Source: an uncultured Chloroflexia bacterium (lineage in GTDB: Bacteria > Chloroflexota > Limnocylindria > Limnocylindrales > CSP1-4). Taken from it: a DNA stretch of 64,000 bases. Below, in pieces: positions 28,611 through 37,880 of the stretch. The DNA lies in NCBI GenBank assembly GCA_963764515.1, contig CAVXSS010000002.1:480052-544051 (forward strand), given 5' to 3'. The number at the start of each line of letters is the position of its first letter. Within the stretch, counting starts at the first letter, position 1. The notes under the pieces were generated by a model that made no database searches, had not been told where the DNA came from, and saw only the letters and a program-made list of their open reading frames with translations. The position numbers and the translations under genes were made by a program.

Positions 28611-29492
28611 TCACCGCGTGCGGGTCTTGGCCACTGGCGCGTCCACGCCTCGACGCAGCTCCTTGTAGGCTTCATCGTCCATCCCGAAGTAGTTCTCGGG
28701 CTGCGGGAAGATCCCCTCACGGACCTCGCGCACGTACGCGCTGAGTCCTTCGCCGATGACCTTGCCGGCATCCACATAGAGCTTTGCCATGCGGGGCTTG
28801 AAGCGCGGATACAGGCCGAACATGTCGTGATAGATCAGCAGCTGCCCGTGCGCCCGGGGCCCGGAACCAAGACTGATGATGAACGACGACCGCGCCCGAC
28901 CCGTGATCATCTCGCAGACCCGGTCGGGCACCATCTCCAGAAGTACCGCGAAGGCACCGGCGTCCTCGAGCGCGCGCGCGTCGTCAACGATCTTTCTGGC
29001 CTGCTCGGCACCCTTCCCCTGGACCCGAAACCCGCCGAGTGCGCTGACGCTCTGCGGGGTGAGGCCAAGGTGCCCCATCACCGGGATCCCGGAGCGAACG
29101 ATCCCGGTTACCTGCGGGAGCATCTCCACGCCCCCTTCGAGCTTGACGCAATCGCAGCCGGCCTCGGCCATGAAACGCCCGGCATTGCGGATCGCCGTCT
29201 CGACGCTGGGCTGGAAGCTCATGTACGGCATGTCCCCGACCAGCCACGCGCTCGGCGTGCCACGGCGGACCGCCGCCGTGTGCCGGATCATGTCATCCAT
29301 GGTCACGGGCAAGGTGCCCTCGTAGCCCAGCATCGTCATGCCGAGGCTATCGCCGACCAACACGATGTCGATGCCGGCCTGCTCCTGCAGACAAGCCGTC
29401 GAGTAGTCGTAGCAGGTCAGCATCGTGATGGGCTCGCCGGCGGCCACCTTGGCGAACAGGGACGGCAGCGCGACCTTCTTGCGCTCGGTCAT
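28611..29492 (-). CDS. panB: 3-methyl-2-oxobutanoate hydroxymethyltransferase (ketopantoate hydroxymethyltransferase)
   Basis: The product reads ITMLTCYDYSTA...VLVGDSLGMTMLGY...VGDMPYMSF...CDCVKLEGG...VMGHLGLTPQS, the canonical PanB pattern. The start was trimmed to the ATG at 29492, which has an AGGAG RBS. Confidence 0.85.
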   Translation of the reverse strand: MTERKKVALPSLFAKVAAGEPITMLTCYDYSTACLQEQAGIDIVLVGDSLGMTMLGYEGTLPVTMDDMIRHTAAVRRGTPSAWLVGDMPYMSFQPSVETAIRNAGRFMAEAGCDCVKLEGGVEMLPQVTGIVRSGIPVMGHLGLTPQSVSALGGFRVQGKGAEQARKIVDDARALEDAGAFAVLLEMVPDRVCEMITGRARSSFIISLGSGPRAHGQLLIYHDMFGLYPRFKPRMAKLYVDAGKVIGEGLSAYVREVREGIFPQPENYFGMDDEAYKELRRGVDAPVAKTRTR

Positions 29493-29589
29493 GTCTCGGC
29501 TCCTTGGCCTGGCCCTGAGAAGCCCGTGGCCGCCGCGATCCTGCGCGGCGGCCACGGATCGAGGACGAGTGGACGACTTCGCCTCGAGG

Positions 29590-31071
29590 CTACTTCCGGC
29601 CCGCGGCCAGGTCGTAGTCGAGATAGATCACGTGCGTTCGGGTGTACTCGAGCACACCGTGCTTGCCGTCGGCGCCGCCGATGCCGGACTTCCGCACGCC
29701 TGCGTGGAAGCCCTGCATGTTCTCCATGTTCTCGCGGTTGACGTAGGTCTCTCCGAACCTGAGCTCATTGCAGGCCCGCATAGCGACACTCATGTCCTTC
29801 GTGAAGATCGAGGACGCGAGGCCGTAGATGGAGTCGTTCGCCCAGGCGATCGCCTCATCGAGATCGTGGAACTTCACGACGGGCATCACCGGTCCGAACG
29901 TCTCCTCCCGGACGATCGCCATGTCCTGGCGACAGTCGGCGATGACGGTCGCCGGGTAGTAGTTACCCTCCGGCCGATCCTCGGCACGCTTGCCGCCGAC
30001 GACGACCTTGCCTCCATCAGCGATCGCTCGTTCGACCCGACCGCTGACGGCCTCGAGCTGCCGAGCACTGACGAGCGGACCAAGGTCGCGACCCTCCTCG
30101 AGGAGGGCGTCCCCATAGGTCGCCTCACCCATGGCCTTGGCGAGCCGATCGGTGAACTCGTCCGCGACACGATCGGAGACGTAGGACCGGTCGGCCGCGC
30201 CGCAGACCTGCCCGGTATTGAGGAGCCGGGAAGCCTTGATGGACCTGGCCGCGAGCTCGAGATCGGCGTCGGGCATGATGATGGCCGGCGCACTGCCGCC
30301 GAGCTCAAGGCTCACCTTCGTGATGTTCTGGGCGGCCAGCTCCATGACACGAGTGCCGGTCCGGATGCTGCCCGTGACCGTGACCATCCCGATGAGCGGG
30401 TTCGAGGCCAGCTCCTCGCCGACGACCGGTCCGTAGCCGCAGACGATGTTGACGACTCCCGCCGGCACCTCCGCGGCGGCGAAGATCTTCGCCAGCTCGA
30501 GCGTGCTGTTGGGGGTGATCTCGCTCGGCTTGACAACGATGGTGCAGCCAGTCAGGAGAGCCGGCGCCACCTTCCGCGCGAGGACGTAGAGGGGAAAGTT
30601 CCAGGGCACGATCCCGCCGATGACTCCGATGGGCTGCCGCAGCAGCAGCTCCATCTCGCCCGGCCGGTCGCTCGGGATGACCTCGCCCTCGATCCGGCGG
30701 GCCCATTCGGCCGTGTAGTCGAAGTAGTTGGCCGTCCCCTCGACCTCGCCGCGGGACTGGTCGAGGGGCTTGCCCTGCTCCTCGGACAGGACGCGGGCGA
30801 GATGCTCGGCGTCGTTCCGAATGCCCGAAGCGATCCGGTGCAGGTAGCCGGCTCGCTCGATCGCCGGGACCTTCTCCCAGGTCCGCTGGGCCTTCTCCGC
30901 GAGCTCGATCGCCTCGCGGGCATCCTCGGCGGACGAGTCCGGCACTTCGGACACGACCTGCCCGGTCGCCGGATTCTCGACGGTCAGCATCTTGTGCCCT
31001 TGCGGGTCCACGAGCCGCCCATTGACGTAGTTCTGGTAGCGGCGAGTTGCGACGGATGCGACAGCCATCAT
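29590..31071 (-). CDS. NAD(P)+-dependent aldehyde dehydrogenase (lactaldehyde/glycolaldehyde dehydrogenase-like)
   Basis: The 493-aa product reads GVIGGIVPWNFP, VLARKVAPALLTGCTIVVKPSE, LELGGSAP, FLNTGQVCGAAD (catalytic Cys) and EETFGPV. Confidence 0.9.
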   Translation of the reverse strand: MMAVASVATRRYQNYVNGRLVDPQGHKMLTVENPATGQVVSEVPDSSAEDAREAIELAEKAQRTWEKVPAIERAGYLHRIASGIRNDAEHLARVLSEEQGKPLDQSRGEVEGTANYFDYTAEWARRIEGEVIPSDRPGEMELLLRQPIGVIGGIVPWNFPLYVLARKVAPALLTGCTIVVKPSEITPNSTLELAKIFAAAEVPAGVVNIVCGYGPVVGEELASNPLIGMVTVTGSIRTGTRVMELAAQNITKVSLELGGSAPAIIMPDADLELAARSIKASRLLNTGQVCGAADRSYVSDRVADEFTDRLAKAMGEATYGDALLEEGRDLGPLVSARQLEAVSGRVERAIADGGKVVVGGKRAEDRPEGNYYPATVIADCRQDMAIVREETFGPVMPVVKFHDLDEAIAWANDSIYGLASSIFTKDMSVAMRACNELRFGETYVNRENMENMQGFHAGVRKSGIGGADGKHGVLEYTRTHVIYLDYDLAAGRK

Positions 31072-31188
31072 GATCCTCCAACTTATCGGCCGCGCCCCTG
31101 GGCGCGGAGAGCCGTGGCCGGCGGACCCGACCCGATCAGTCCCCGATCGGACCGGTGTCCGCCACGACCACCACAGGAGAACGACTCC

Positions 31189-32325
31189 CTAGCCGAGGAC
31201 GAGCGCCGAAAGGCTCAGGTCCGCGTGAGTCGGGATGCCCGCGACCGAGCAGCCCTGTTCGCCGAATGCCAGGTAGCCGATGAATGGCAGGCGGCCGACG
31301 GTGTGCTCGAGCTCCGCGGGGATCTCCGCGATCCGATCGCCCAGGGCGATGGCACGGCCACCGCAATGGGCGAGCAGGACGGCCTTCGGCTGGTCGACGC
31401 CGAGGGCCGCCTTGTGAACGACGTTGCCCGCCTCGGCGATCAGCCCGTTCACGGATGCCTCGGCGAGTTCCAGGATCATGCCCGGGGCCATGGCGGCCCC
31501 GAAGTCCATCGAGCCGTCCGGGTTGCTGTTGACGGGGTGCGCGGAATAGGTGATCCCGTCCTTGTGGAAGAGCAGCGGGTGCTGGACGCTGAACGACACG
31601 AGGGCGCCGCCGCCGATCTCCGCTTCGGGCTTTCCGACCCATTCACAGTACACGTCCATCGCACGGCGGCCGTCGAGCTCGAAGAGCGTCCGCCCCGTGG
31701 CCTTGGTGACGGTGGCCTTCGTGCCCGTCAGTCGGTAGCCGTTCGTGAACGCATAGCCGATCGCGCCGCCGAGGGCCGCGATCGCGAAGTGTCCCTTGTA
31801 TGAGTGGCCGTTCGCGAACTGCTCGAACTTGCCCGCAGGGGAGTGGTCCGATGCCGAGCCGCCGACGACCGGGACGCCAGGAGCCGCCATCGCGACCCCC
31901 TGGAGAAGCTCCTCTTCCGGCCCCATGAACGCCAGGGTGAGCAGGGCGCTCGCGGGCCCGCCGAGCTGCTTCAGGGCGTCTTCGGTGGCCTTCTTGCCGG
32001 CCGCGCAGGGATCGTCGCCGACCTCGACGACACCCACCCCGGCCGAACGGTCGGCGATCAGCATCAGGCTTGCCGCGCCGCCCTCGCTGGTGACCCAGCC
32101 GGCGTCCCGGAAGACGCCCGTGGACGACGAGCCGCCCCACAGGGGAATGCCGCCGAGGAGCTCCGACACGCCGGCCACAAGGCTCCCGGTGTCGTACTGG
32201 GTCGTCGCGAACAGGATGGCCAGCGTCGGCTTGCCCTCGAGCCCGGCCTTCGCCTGCTCGACCAGTTCTGCGGCTGCCGCCTTCGGATCGGTGGACGTCG
32301 TGCTGCCAGTGCCAATCGAACTCAT
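31189..32325 (-). CDS. FIST-domain (FIST_N + FIST_C) putative small-molecule sensor protein, stand-alone
   Basis: The ORF 31189..32481 was trimmed to the ATG at 32325, which has an AGGAGG RBS. The 378-aa product has the glycine-rich FIST patterns LAILFATTQYD...GGSSSTG...VVGGSASD...GYLAFGEQG. Confidence 0.65.
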   Translation of the reverse strand: MSSIGTGSTTSTDPKAAAAELVEQAKAGLEGKPTLAILFATTQYDTGSLVAGVSELLGGIPLWGGSSSTGVFRDAGWVTSEGGAASLMLIADRSAGVGVVEVGDDPCAAGKKATEDALKQLGGPASALLTLAFMGPEEELLQGVAMAAPGVPVVGGSASDHSPAGKFEQFANGHSYKGHFAIAALGGAIGYAFTNGYRLTGTKATVTKATGRTLFELDGRRAMDVYCEWVGKPEAEIGGGALVSFSVQHPLLFHKDGITYSAHPVNSNPDGSMDFGAAMAPGMILELAEASVNGLIAEAGNVVHKAALGVDQPKAVLLAHCGGRAIALGDRIAEIPAELEHTVGRLPFIGYLAFGEQGCSVAGIPTHADLSLSALVLG

Positions 32326-32461
32326 GAGACTGCCTCCTTGATGCCTTCGAGAACCTGCGGCGACGTCGCCCTCGAGCGGGGACGGCGTCCCGCTCGCGAC
32401 ACGTGGGGATCGGGCGTCGAGCCACCTCCTGGGTAGGCGATCCTTCGACCGGTCATCCCGT

Positions 32462-32478
32462 GGTTCATCAGATGAACC
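32462..32478. promoter_or_regulatory. Perfect 17-bp palindrome GGTTCATCAGATGAACC in the divergent FIST/ALDH - IclR intergenic region; candidate operator
   Basis: The palindrome is seen in the sequence. A second, related imperfect palindrome CAGTTCATCAACTG lies at ~32664-32677. Both share the GTTCATCA half-site. Confidence 0.3.
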
Positions 32479-32749
32479 CACGATGTAGCTGATGACACTA
32501 CTGTGCGATCCTTCGCACGGAACGCGTACGCCGATCCGGTACCCAAATTGGAGCCAAATGGCCCTTGCATTTCGTGGCGCACATGATCTGTCGACAATCG
32601 GGTTCGGCCGCCAAACTGTCGCGCTGGAGGGGGCTTGACCCTGCGACGAACCGGCTGCATAGTCAGTTCATCAACTGCAACGTCAGTTCGACTAATGAAA
32701 TGCCGATGGACGCCTGGTCCGCTCGTTCGCTCGGAGGGAGCACATCGCA

Positions 32750-33556
32750 TTGACCACGCGAACGCTCAATCGCGGCCTGAGCATCCTCGAGACACTCGCC
32801 GCGGCCGACGAGCTCGGGCTTGGCTCTTCCGCCATCGCCGCGGCGGTGACTCTCGACAAGGCGACGGTCACCCGTCTCCTCGGCACGCTCATGGAAACGG
32901 GCTATGCGACGCAGGATCCTGAGAGCCGCAGATACAGGCTCACCGGGAAGATCATGCGGCTGGCCCACGGAGTCGCTCGCAGTCTCGATCTCCAGCGCGT
33001 CGCCCGCCCGCACCTCAAGGCATTGCGCGACCGCCTCGGCGAGACCGTCCACCTCGGGGTCATGGAGGACCTTGCCGTCTACTACGTCGACAAGCTCGAG
33101 GCCGACAACAGCATCCAGCTCGTCACCGCGGTCGGGCGCACCATGCCCCTGCACTCGACCGCCCTGGGCAAGGCGTTGCTCGCGGCCATGCCGGAAGACG
33201 AGCGCGAAGCGAAGTACCGACGGATGGATTTCGCGCCTCGAACGGAGCGGACGATCTGCAACCAGGCTGAATTCAGGGACGAGATCCGCCGGACGCAGGT
33301 CCGCGCATACGCCATCGATGACCGCGAGAACGAGCCACATGGTGCGTGCGTTGCCGCGGCCATCATCGCGGCCGGCGGTCGTCCCGTCGGCGCCTTGAGC
33401 GTCTCGGGTCCCCACTTCCGTTTCCGCGATCACCTGGACGAATTCGGCGAACAGGTCCGGGCAACCGCCGCTCAGATCGGCTGGGAGCTCGGCTCCGATG
33501 CGGTCCGAGTCGACACCGAGCCGTCCGTGCAGCAGTCCGGCCGGCTTCCCGGATGA
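32750..33556 (+). CDS. IclR-family transcriptional regulator
   Basis: The product has an N-terminal HTH (LNRGLSILETLAAADELGLGSSAIAAAVTLDKATVTRLL) and a C-terminal effector domain (...HSTALGKALLA...GACVAAAIIAAGGRPVGALSVSGP). It starts at a TTG that follows GGAGGG. Confidence 0.8.
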   Translation: MTTRTLNRGLSILETLAAADELGLGSSAIAAAVTLDKATVTRLLGTLMETGYATQDPESRRYRLTGKIMRLAHGVARSLDLQRVARPHLKALRDRLGETVHLGVMEDLAVYYVDKLEADNSIQLVTAVGRTMPLHSTALGKALLAAMPEDEREAKYRRMDFAPRTERTICNQAEFRDEIRRTQVRAYAIDDRENEPHGACVAAAIIAAGGRPVGALSVSGPHFRFRDHLDEFGEQVRATAAQIGWELGSDAVRVDTEPSVQQSGRLPG

Positions 33557-34446
33557 GCGAGCGCGGCGCCTTCGACGGCGTGTTCGCCCCCATCTGCACC
33601 CCATTCGCCCGAAACGAGGACGTCGACTACCCGGCTCTCCGCCACAACCTCGCGCGCTATGCGACGAGTGGGATCCGCGGCTACCTCGCACTGGGTTCGA
33701 ACGGCGAGAATCGCAGCCTGACCGAGCGAGAACGCCTGAGGGTGCTCGGCGAGGTCGTCCGAGCCAAGGGCCGGAGTCAGGTCGTGATGGCGGGCGCCGC
33801 CTACGACGCCGAGCGCGACAGCGAGCGCTTCCTGACGGCCGCGGCCGCCACCGGCGCCGACTTCGGGCTCGTGCTGTCCCCCGGCTACTTCCGGAAGCAG
33901 ATGAACGATGAGGTCCTGTACGGGTACTTCTCGAGGCTGGCCGACACGGCCCTCATCCCACTGCTCCTGTACAACGCCCCCGGCTTCTGCGGGATCACTC
34001 TGAGCGCCTCGCTCGTCGGTCGCCTGGCCGACCACCCCAACATCGTCGGCATGAAGGACAGCGCGTCGAGCGGTATCGAGCAGTACCTGCCGCTGCAGAC
34101 CCCGTCCTTCCACGTCCTGGCCGGCTCGGCCAACTTCCTCTTCCCCGCGATGATGGGCGGCTCCGCGGGGGGAACGGTCTCCCTGGCGAACGCCTTTCCT
34201 GACGTCGCGCTCAAACTCTTCGAGTACGGTCGGGCGCGGGACCAGGCCCACGGCGTCCCATGCCAGGAGTGGGTCACCCGCATCAACCACGCCATCTCCG
34301 GCGCGCACGGGGTGCCCGGGGTGAAGGCGGCCATGAACCTCGCGGGGTTCCGTGGAGGCGTTCCACGCCGCCCGCTCCTTCCGCTCGAGCCCGCTCAGGT
34401 CGCCGCGCTTCGGGACTTCCTGGTCGCCGAAGGCCTGCTCGAGTGA
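33553..34446 (+). CDS. DapA-family class I aldolase (dihydrodipicolinate-synthase / 2-keto-3-deoxy-sugar-acid aldolase-like)
   Basis: The ORF 33346..34446 was trimmed to the ATG at 33553, which overlaps the IclR stop as ATGA. The product reads PICTPF...GYLALGSNGE...LLYNAPGF...VGMKDSA (Schiff-base Lys region). Confidence 0.8.
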   Translation: MSERGAFDGVFAPICTPFARNEDVDYPALRHNLARYATSGIRGYLALGSNGENRSLTERERLRVLGEVVRAKGRSQVVMAGAAYDAERDSERFLTAAAATGADFGLVLSPGYFRKQMNDEVLYGYFSRLADTALIPLLLYNAPGFCGITLSASLVGRLADHPNIVGMKDSASSGIEQYLPLQTPSFHVLAGSANFLFPAMMGGSAGGTVSLANAFPDVALKLFEYGRARDQAHGVPCQEWVTRINHAISGAHGVPGVKAAMNLAGFRGGVPRRPLLPLEPAQVAALRDFLVAEGLLE

Positions 34447-35897
34447 CGCGCGACATCCTGGCCATCGACGTCGGCACGAGCGCCCTGAAGCTCGGCGTGT
34501 TCAGCCCAGAGCTCGAGAAGCGATCGGAGGCTCGTCGCGCCTACGACCCGCACGTCTACGACCAGGGCAAGGCCGACATCGCGCCGGACCTCTGGTGGGG
34601 CGCGTTGCGGGAGTGCTGTGCCGAGGTCCGCGAGAGCCTCGCCGGCGTCGGCGTCATCTCGCTGTCCGTTACGACCCCGGCACTGACGCCGATGACCGCC
34701 GACGGGACGCCCCTGGCCCCAGCGGTCCTGTTCTTCGACGGGCGATCGCACGAGCAGTCGGCGAGGATCCGCCGGATCGTGGGCGAGGATCGCTTCCTGG
34801 CCGAGGCCTGCAACCTGCCGGTATCGGGCGGGTCGTCGCTATCGAGCATCCTCTGGTTCCGGGATGCGCGCCCGGATGTGTGGACGCGGACCGAGCAATT
34901 CGGGCACTGCAACACGTACCTCATCAAGCGGATGACCGGCGAATGGGCCATCGATCCTTCGACCACGTCGATCACCGGGCTCTACGACACGGCGAGCAAC
35001 GATCTGACCTGGAACGAGGAGATCCTGCGCCTGGCCGGCATCCCCGAGGACCGGTTGCCGCCGCTCATGCAGAGCTATGACGTGGTGGGCACGGTCCTGC
35101 CCGCGATCGCCGAGGAGCTGGGTGTCCCGGTCGACGCCGTGGTGCTCTGCGGAGGGAACGATGCCGTGCTCGCGGCGTTTTCGAGCGGGTTCTTCGAATC
35201 GGGCGACATCAACATCGTCAGCGGCACCTGTGACATCGCCACCGTGTGCACGGACCGACCGGTCGCGTCGCGCGAGTTCAATGTCCGGTGCCACGTGATC
35301 CCCGGTCGCTGGCTCACGTTCTTCGTCCTGAACGCGGGTGGAGAAGGCATCGACTGGTTCCACCGCGTCTACTGCCCGGAGCTCGACGACGAGCAGTTCT
35401 TCGGGGAGTACGTGCCGGGCGTCCTCGAGGCGTTCTTCGCCGATCCAGCCGCGGATGCACGCGAGTCGGAGCTCCCGGTCTACGCACCGTTCCTCGCCGG
35501 AAGCCGGTACGCGACCGAGCGGGTCATGGGGAGCTTCGGCGGCATGACCCTCGAGACGACGCGGGACGACCTGCTTCTGAGCCTCATCCGCGGCAACATG
35601 CAGTACCTGGGCGGGCACCTTCGCGAGGTGGCAGGGCTGGTCCACCTCAGCCGCACGGTCGGTATCTCGGGGGGTGGAGCGAGTATCCGCGGGATGATGG
35701 AGGCCCGTCGCCGGTGGACGGGTCCCTTCGAGTACATCTTCCAGGATCAGTCGTCGTTGCTGGGCGCGGCGATGCTCGGCCAGATCCACCTGACGGGGAA
35801 GGTCTTCGGTCAGACCGTGCGCGGCGCTAGCCGAGATCGCGCCGGATCACCGGTCGCCGTCGAAGGCGAGGTCGTCCCCAGGTCAGTCAGGCGGTAG
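34443..35897 (+). CDS. FGGY-family carbohydrate kinase (xylulokinase/ribulokinase-like)
   Basis: The product begins ILAIDVGTSALKLGVF (FGGY N-terminal phosphate-1 motif) and continues ...GGNDAVLAAFSSG...VGISGGGA. The GTG start overlaps the aldolase stop as GTGA. Confidence 0.8.
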   Translation: MTRDILAIDVGTSALKLGVFSPELEKRSEARRAYDPHVYDQGKADIAPDLWWGALRECCAEVRESLAGVGVISLSVTTPALTPMTADGTPLAPAVLFFDGRSHEQSARIRRIVGEDRFLAEACNLPVSGGSSLSSILWFRDARPDVWTRTEQFGHCNTYLIKRMTGEWAIDPSTTSITGLYDTASNDLTWNEEILRLAGIPEDRLPPLMQSYDVVGTVLPAIAEELGVPVDAVVLCGGNDAVLAAFSSGFFESGDINIVSGTCDIATVCTDRPVASREFNVRCHVIPGRWLTFFVLNAGGEGIDWFHRVYCPELDDEQFFGEYVPGVLEAFFADPAADARESELPVYAPFLAGSRYATERVMGSFGGMTLETTRDDLLLSLIRGNMQYLGGHLREVAGLVHLSRTVGISGGGASIRGMMEARRRWTGPFEYIFQDQSSLLGAAMLGQIHLTGKVFGQTVRGASRDRAGSPVAVEGEVVPRSVRR

Positions 35898-36126
35898 TCC
35901 TTGGTCTGCGTCGCGTTGGCACTCATCCTGCCGGTCGCCGCGACCCGCGAGACGTAGCCCCGCGCGAGCGTGAGGGCAACCGCGCGAGGCTCGTTCGACG
36001 TACCAACCTGGTGAGCGACCATGCCTCGGAGCGACGATCGCGACAGATCTAACCAGCCGGTGGGTTTCCTGGGCAGCGACGCCCGAAAACACCGCCCGAC
36101 AACAACGTCAGGAGGATGGGTCCACG

Positions 36127-36504
36127 ATGACACGGCTGATCGTGCAAACGGACGGCGCGCCCAAGAACCAGGCCTATGCGCAGGCGACCAGGGCCGGGGG
36201 ACTGGTCTTCGTGTCGGGGCAGGGTCCCTTCGATCCGACCTCCGGGGCCATCGTCGGCGCGACGATCCGGGAACAGACGCGCCAGTGCCTGGCGAATATC
36301 CAGGCCATCCTGGAAGCTGCCGGCAGCTCGATGGACCGGATCGTCAGCATGACCTTCATCCTGGCTGACTCGGCCGACTTCGCGGGCATGAACGAGGAGT
36401 GGCGGCGCTGGTTCCCGACCGATCCCCCTGCCCGGCAGGGGGCGAAACTCCCGTTGGACGTGCCGGGCCTGCGCCTGTCGGTCGCGGCGATCGCCGAAGC
36501 CTGA
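36127..36504 (+). CDS. RidA/YjgF-family reactive-intermediate deaminase
   Basis: The 125-aa product reads ...APKNQAYAQATRAGGLVFVSGQGPFDP...QTRQCLANIQAILEAAGSSMDRIVSMTFIL..., and the ATG follows AGGAGG. Confidence 0.8.
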   Translation: MTRLIVQTDGAPKNQAYAQATRAGGLVFVSGQGPFDPTSGAIVGATIREQTRQCLANIQAILEAAGSSMDRIVSMTFILADSADFAGMNEEWRRWFPTDPPARQGAKLPLDVPGLRLSVAAIAEA

Positions 36505-36548
36505 CCGGCCGCAGTCGGACGTTGAGGACGACTGAAGTTCAAGCGAGC

Positions 36549-36657
36549 CGTTTCGGCTACACGGGTGGCGTGGAGGCGGACCGTCGATGTCGACCCCTGG
36601 CGGATGCCCTTGGGTTCGAATCGACCTGGCTCTTCGACCATTTCCGGACGGTCCCGG
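36549..36657 (+). pseudogene. Remnant (~36 aa) of a luciferase-like (LLM-class, F420/flavin-dependent) oxidoreductase N-terminus
   Basis: The frame reads ...SRFGYTGGVEADRRCRPLADALGFESTWLFDHF.... It resembles the N-terminal region of LLM oxidoreductases but is not continued downstream, so it is a likely gene fragment. Confidence 0.2.
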
Positions 36658-36751
36658 ACCGAAGGACGAGATCACCTGAGAGGCGGTGATGATCTCGTCA
36701 TCACCGACGGACCGCCGATGAGACCGCCTCTTGACGTCGCTGGTACCTTCA

Positions 36752-36779
36752 TGTAACCGGTCTCATGTAACCGGTTTCA
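36752..36779. promoter_or_regulatory. Two abutting 14-bp LacI/cre-type operators, TGTAACCGGTCTCA and TGTAACCGGTTTCA, immediately upstream of the LacI gene
   Basis: Both sites match the LacI-family consensus TGWAANCGNTNWCA and lie 14-41 bp upstream of the LacI GTG start. A TTGACG -35-like hexamer sits at ~36731. Confidence 0.5.
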
Positions 36780-36792
36780 CTACGAGGGTGCC

Positions 36793-37827
36793 GTGGCAAG
36801 GAAGGCTGTCACGATCCGCGACGTCGCGCGGCATGCCGGGGTCAGCGTCGCGACGGCGTCCCGCGCCCTGAACGGGAAGGACGTCGTCAACCCACAGACG
36901 AGGGACCGGATCCTGTCGGTGATGGAGGAGCTTGGCTTCGCGCCGAGCCCGGCGGCGCGACGCCTGAGCCTCGGCCGAACGCTGACAATCGGGGTCGTCG
37001 TCTCGTTCCTCACCAGGCCCCAGGCTGCCGAGAGGCTCCGGGGTGTCGACGCGGTTCTGACCGACAGCGAGTTCGACCTCGTCATCTACAACGTCGAAAC
37101 GGTCCGCAAGCGGGATCAGTACCTCGGCAACCTGGCGCAGTCGCAGCGCACCGACGGGCTGCTCGTGATGTCGCTCCCTCCCCCGGACGTGGCCATCCCC
37201 GCATTGAGCCGGGGTCTCGTGCCGGTCGTGTTCATCGACGTCCACACGCCCTCGATCGCCGCCATGCCGCGCGTGATCGGAGACGATGCGGGCGGCGGTG
37301 CGCTCGCCGCGAGGCACCTTCTTGACCTCGGGCATAGCGCGATCGGCTTCATCGGGGACGCGATCGCTGACCCGTTCGGCTTCACTTCGAGTCGCGACCG
37401 CGAGGATGGCCTGACGCGTGAGCTGGCGAAGGCCGGCATCTCGATTCCCGACGCCTGGATCGGGCACGGAGCCCACGGTCGATACGAGGCGCGCGACCTG
37501 GCCCACCGCATGCTGGGAGGCAGTCGACGACCGACCGCCATCTTCACGGCGAGTGACACGCAGGCCCTCGGTGTCATCGCGGCGGCTCGCGAGATCGGAC
37601 TCCACGTGCCCGACGACCTGTCGGTGATCGGCTACGACGACATCGAGGCCGCCGACTACGTCGGCCTGACGACCGTCCGCCAGCAACTGCTCGAGTCGGG
37701 GCGTCGCGGCGCCGAGGTCCTGCTGTCCGAGATCGACAGCAGGTCCGAGGAGCCGACGGTCGTCCCGCTGGCACCCGAGCTGGTGGTCCGTGCGACCACG
37801 GCACCTCCGAAGGAGGGCCGTGGATGA
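36793..37827 (+). CDS. LacI-family transcriptional regulator
   Basis: The product has an N-terminal HTH (VTIRDVARHAGVSVATASRALNG) and a periplasmic-binding-protein-like sugar-binding core. It has a GTG start. Confidence 0.85.
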   Translation: MARKAVTIRDVARHAGVSVATASRALNGKDVVNPQTRDRILSVMEELGFAPSPAARRLSLGRTLTIGVVVSFLTRPQAAERLRGVDAVLTDSEFDLVIYNVETVRKRDQYLGNLAQSQRTDGLLVMSLPPPDVAIPALSRGLVPVVFIDVHTPSIAAMPRVIGDDAGGGALAARHLLDLGHSAIGFIGDAIADPFGFTSSRDREDGLTRELAKAGISIPDAWIGHGAHGRYEARDLAHRMLGGSRRPTAIFTASDTQALGVIAAAREIGLHVPDDLSVIGYDDIEAADYVGLTTVRQQLLESGRRGAEVLLSEIDSRSEEPTVVPLAPELVVRATTAPPKEGRG

Positions 37828-37880
37828 GGACGCCAGCGGAGCCTGGAACCCGCTAGGGACAGCAACGAGGAGGAGCGTTC

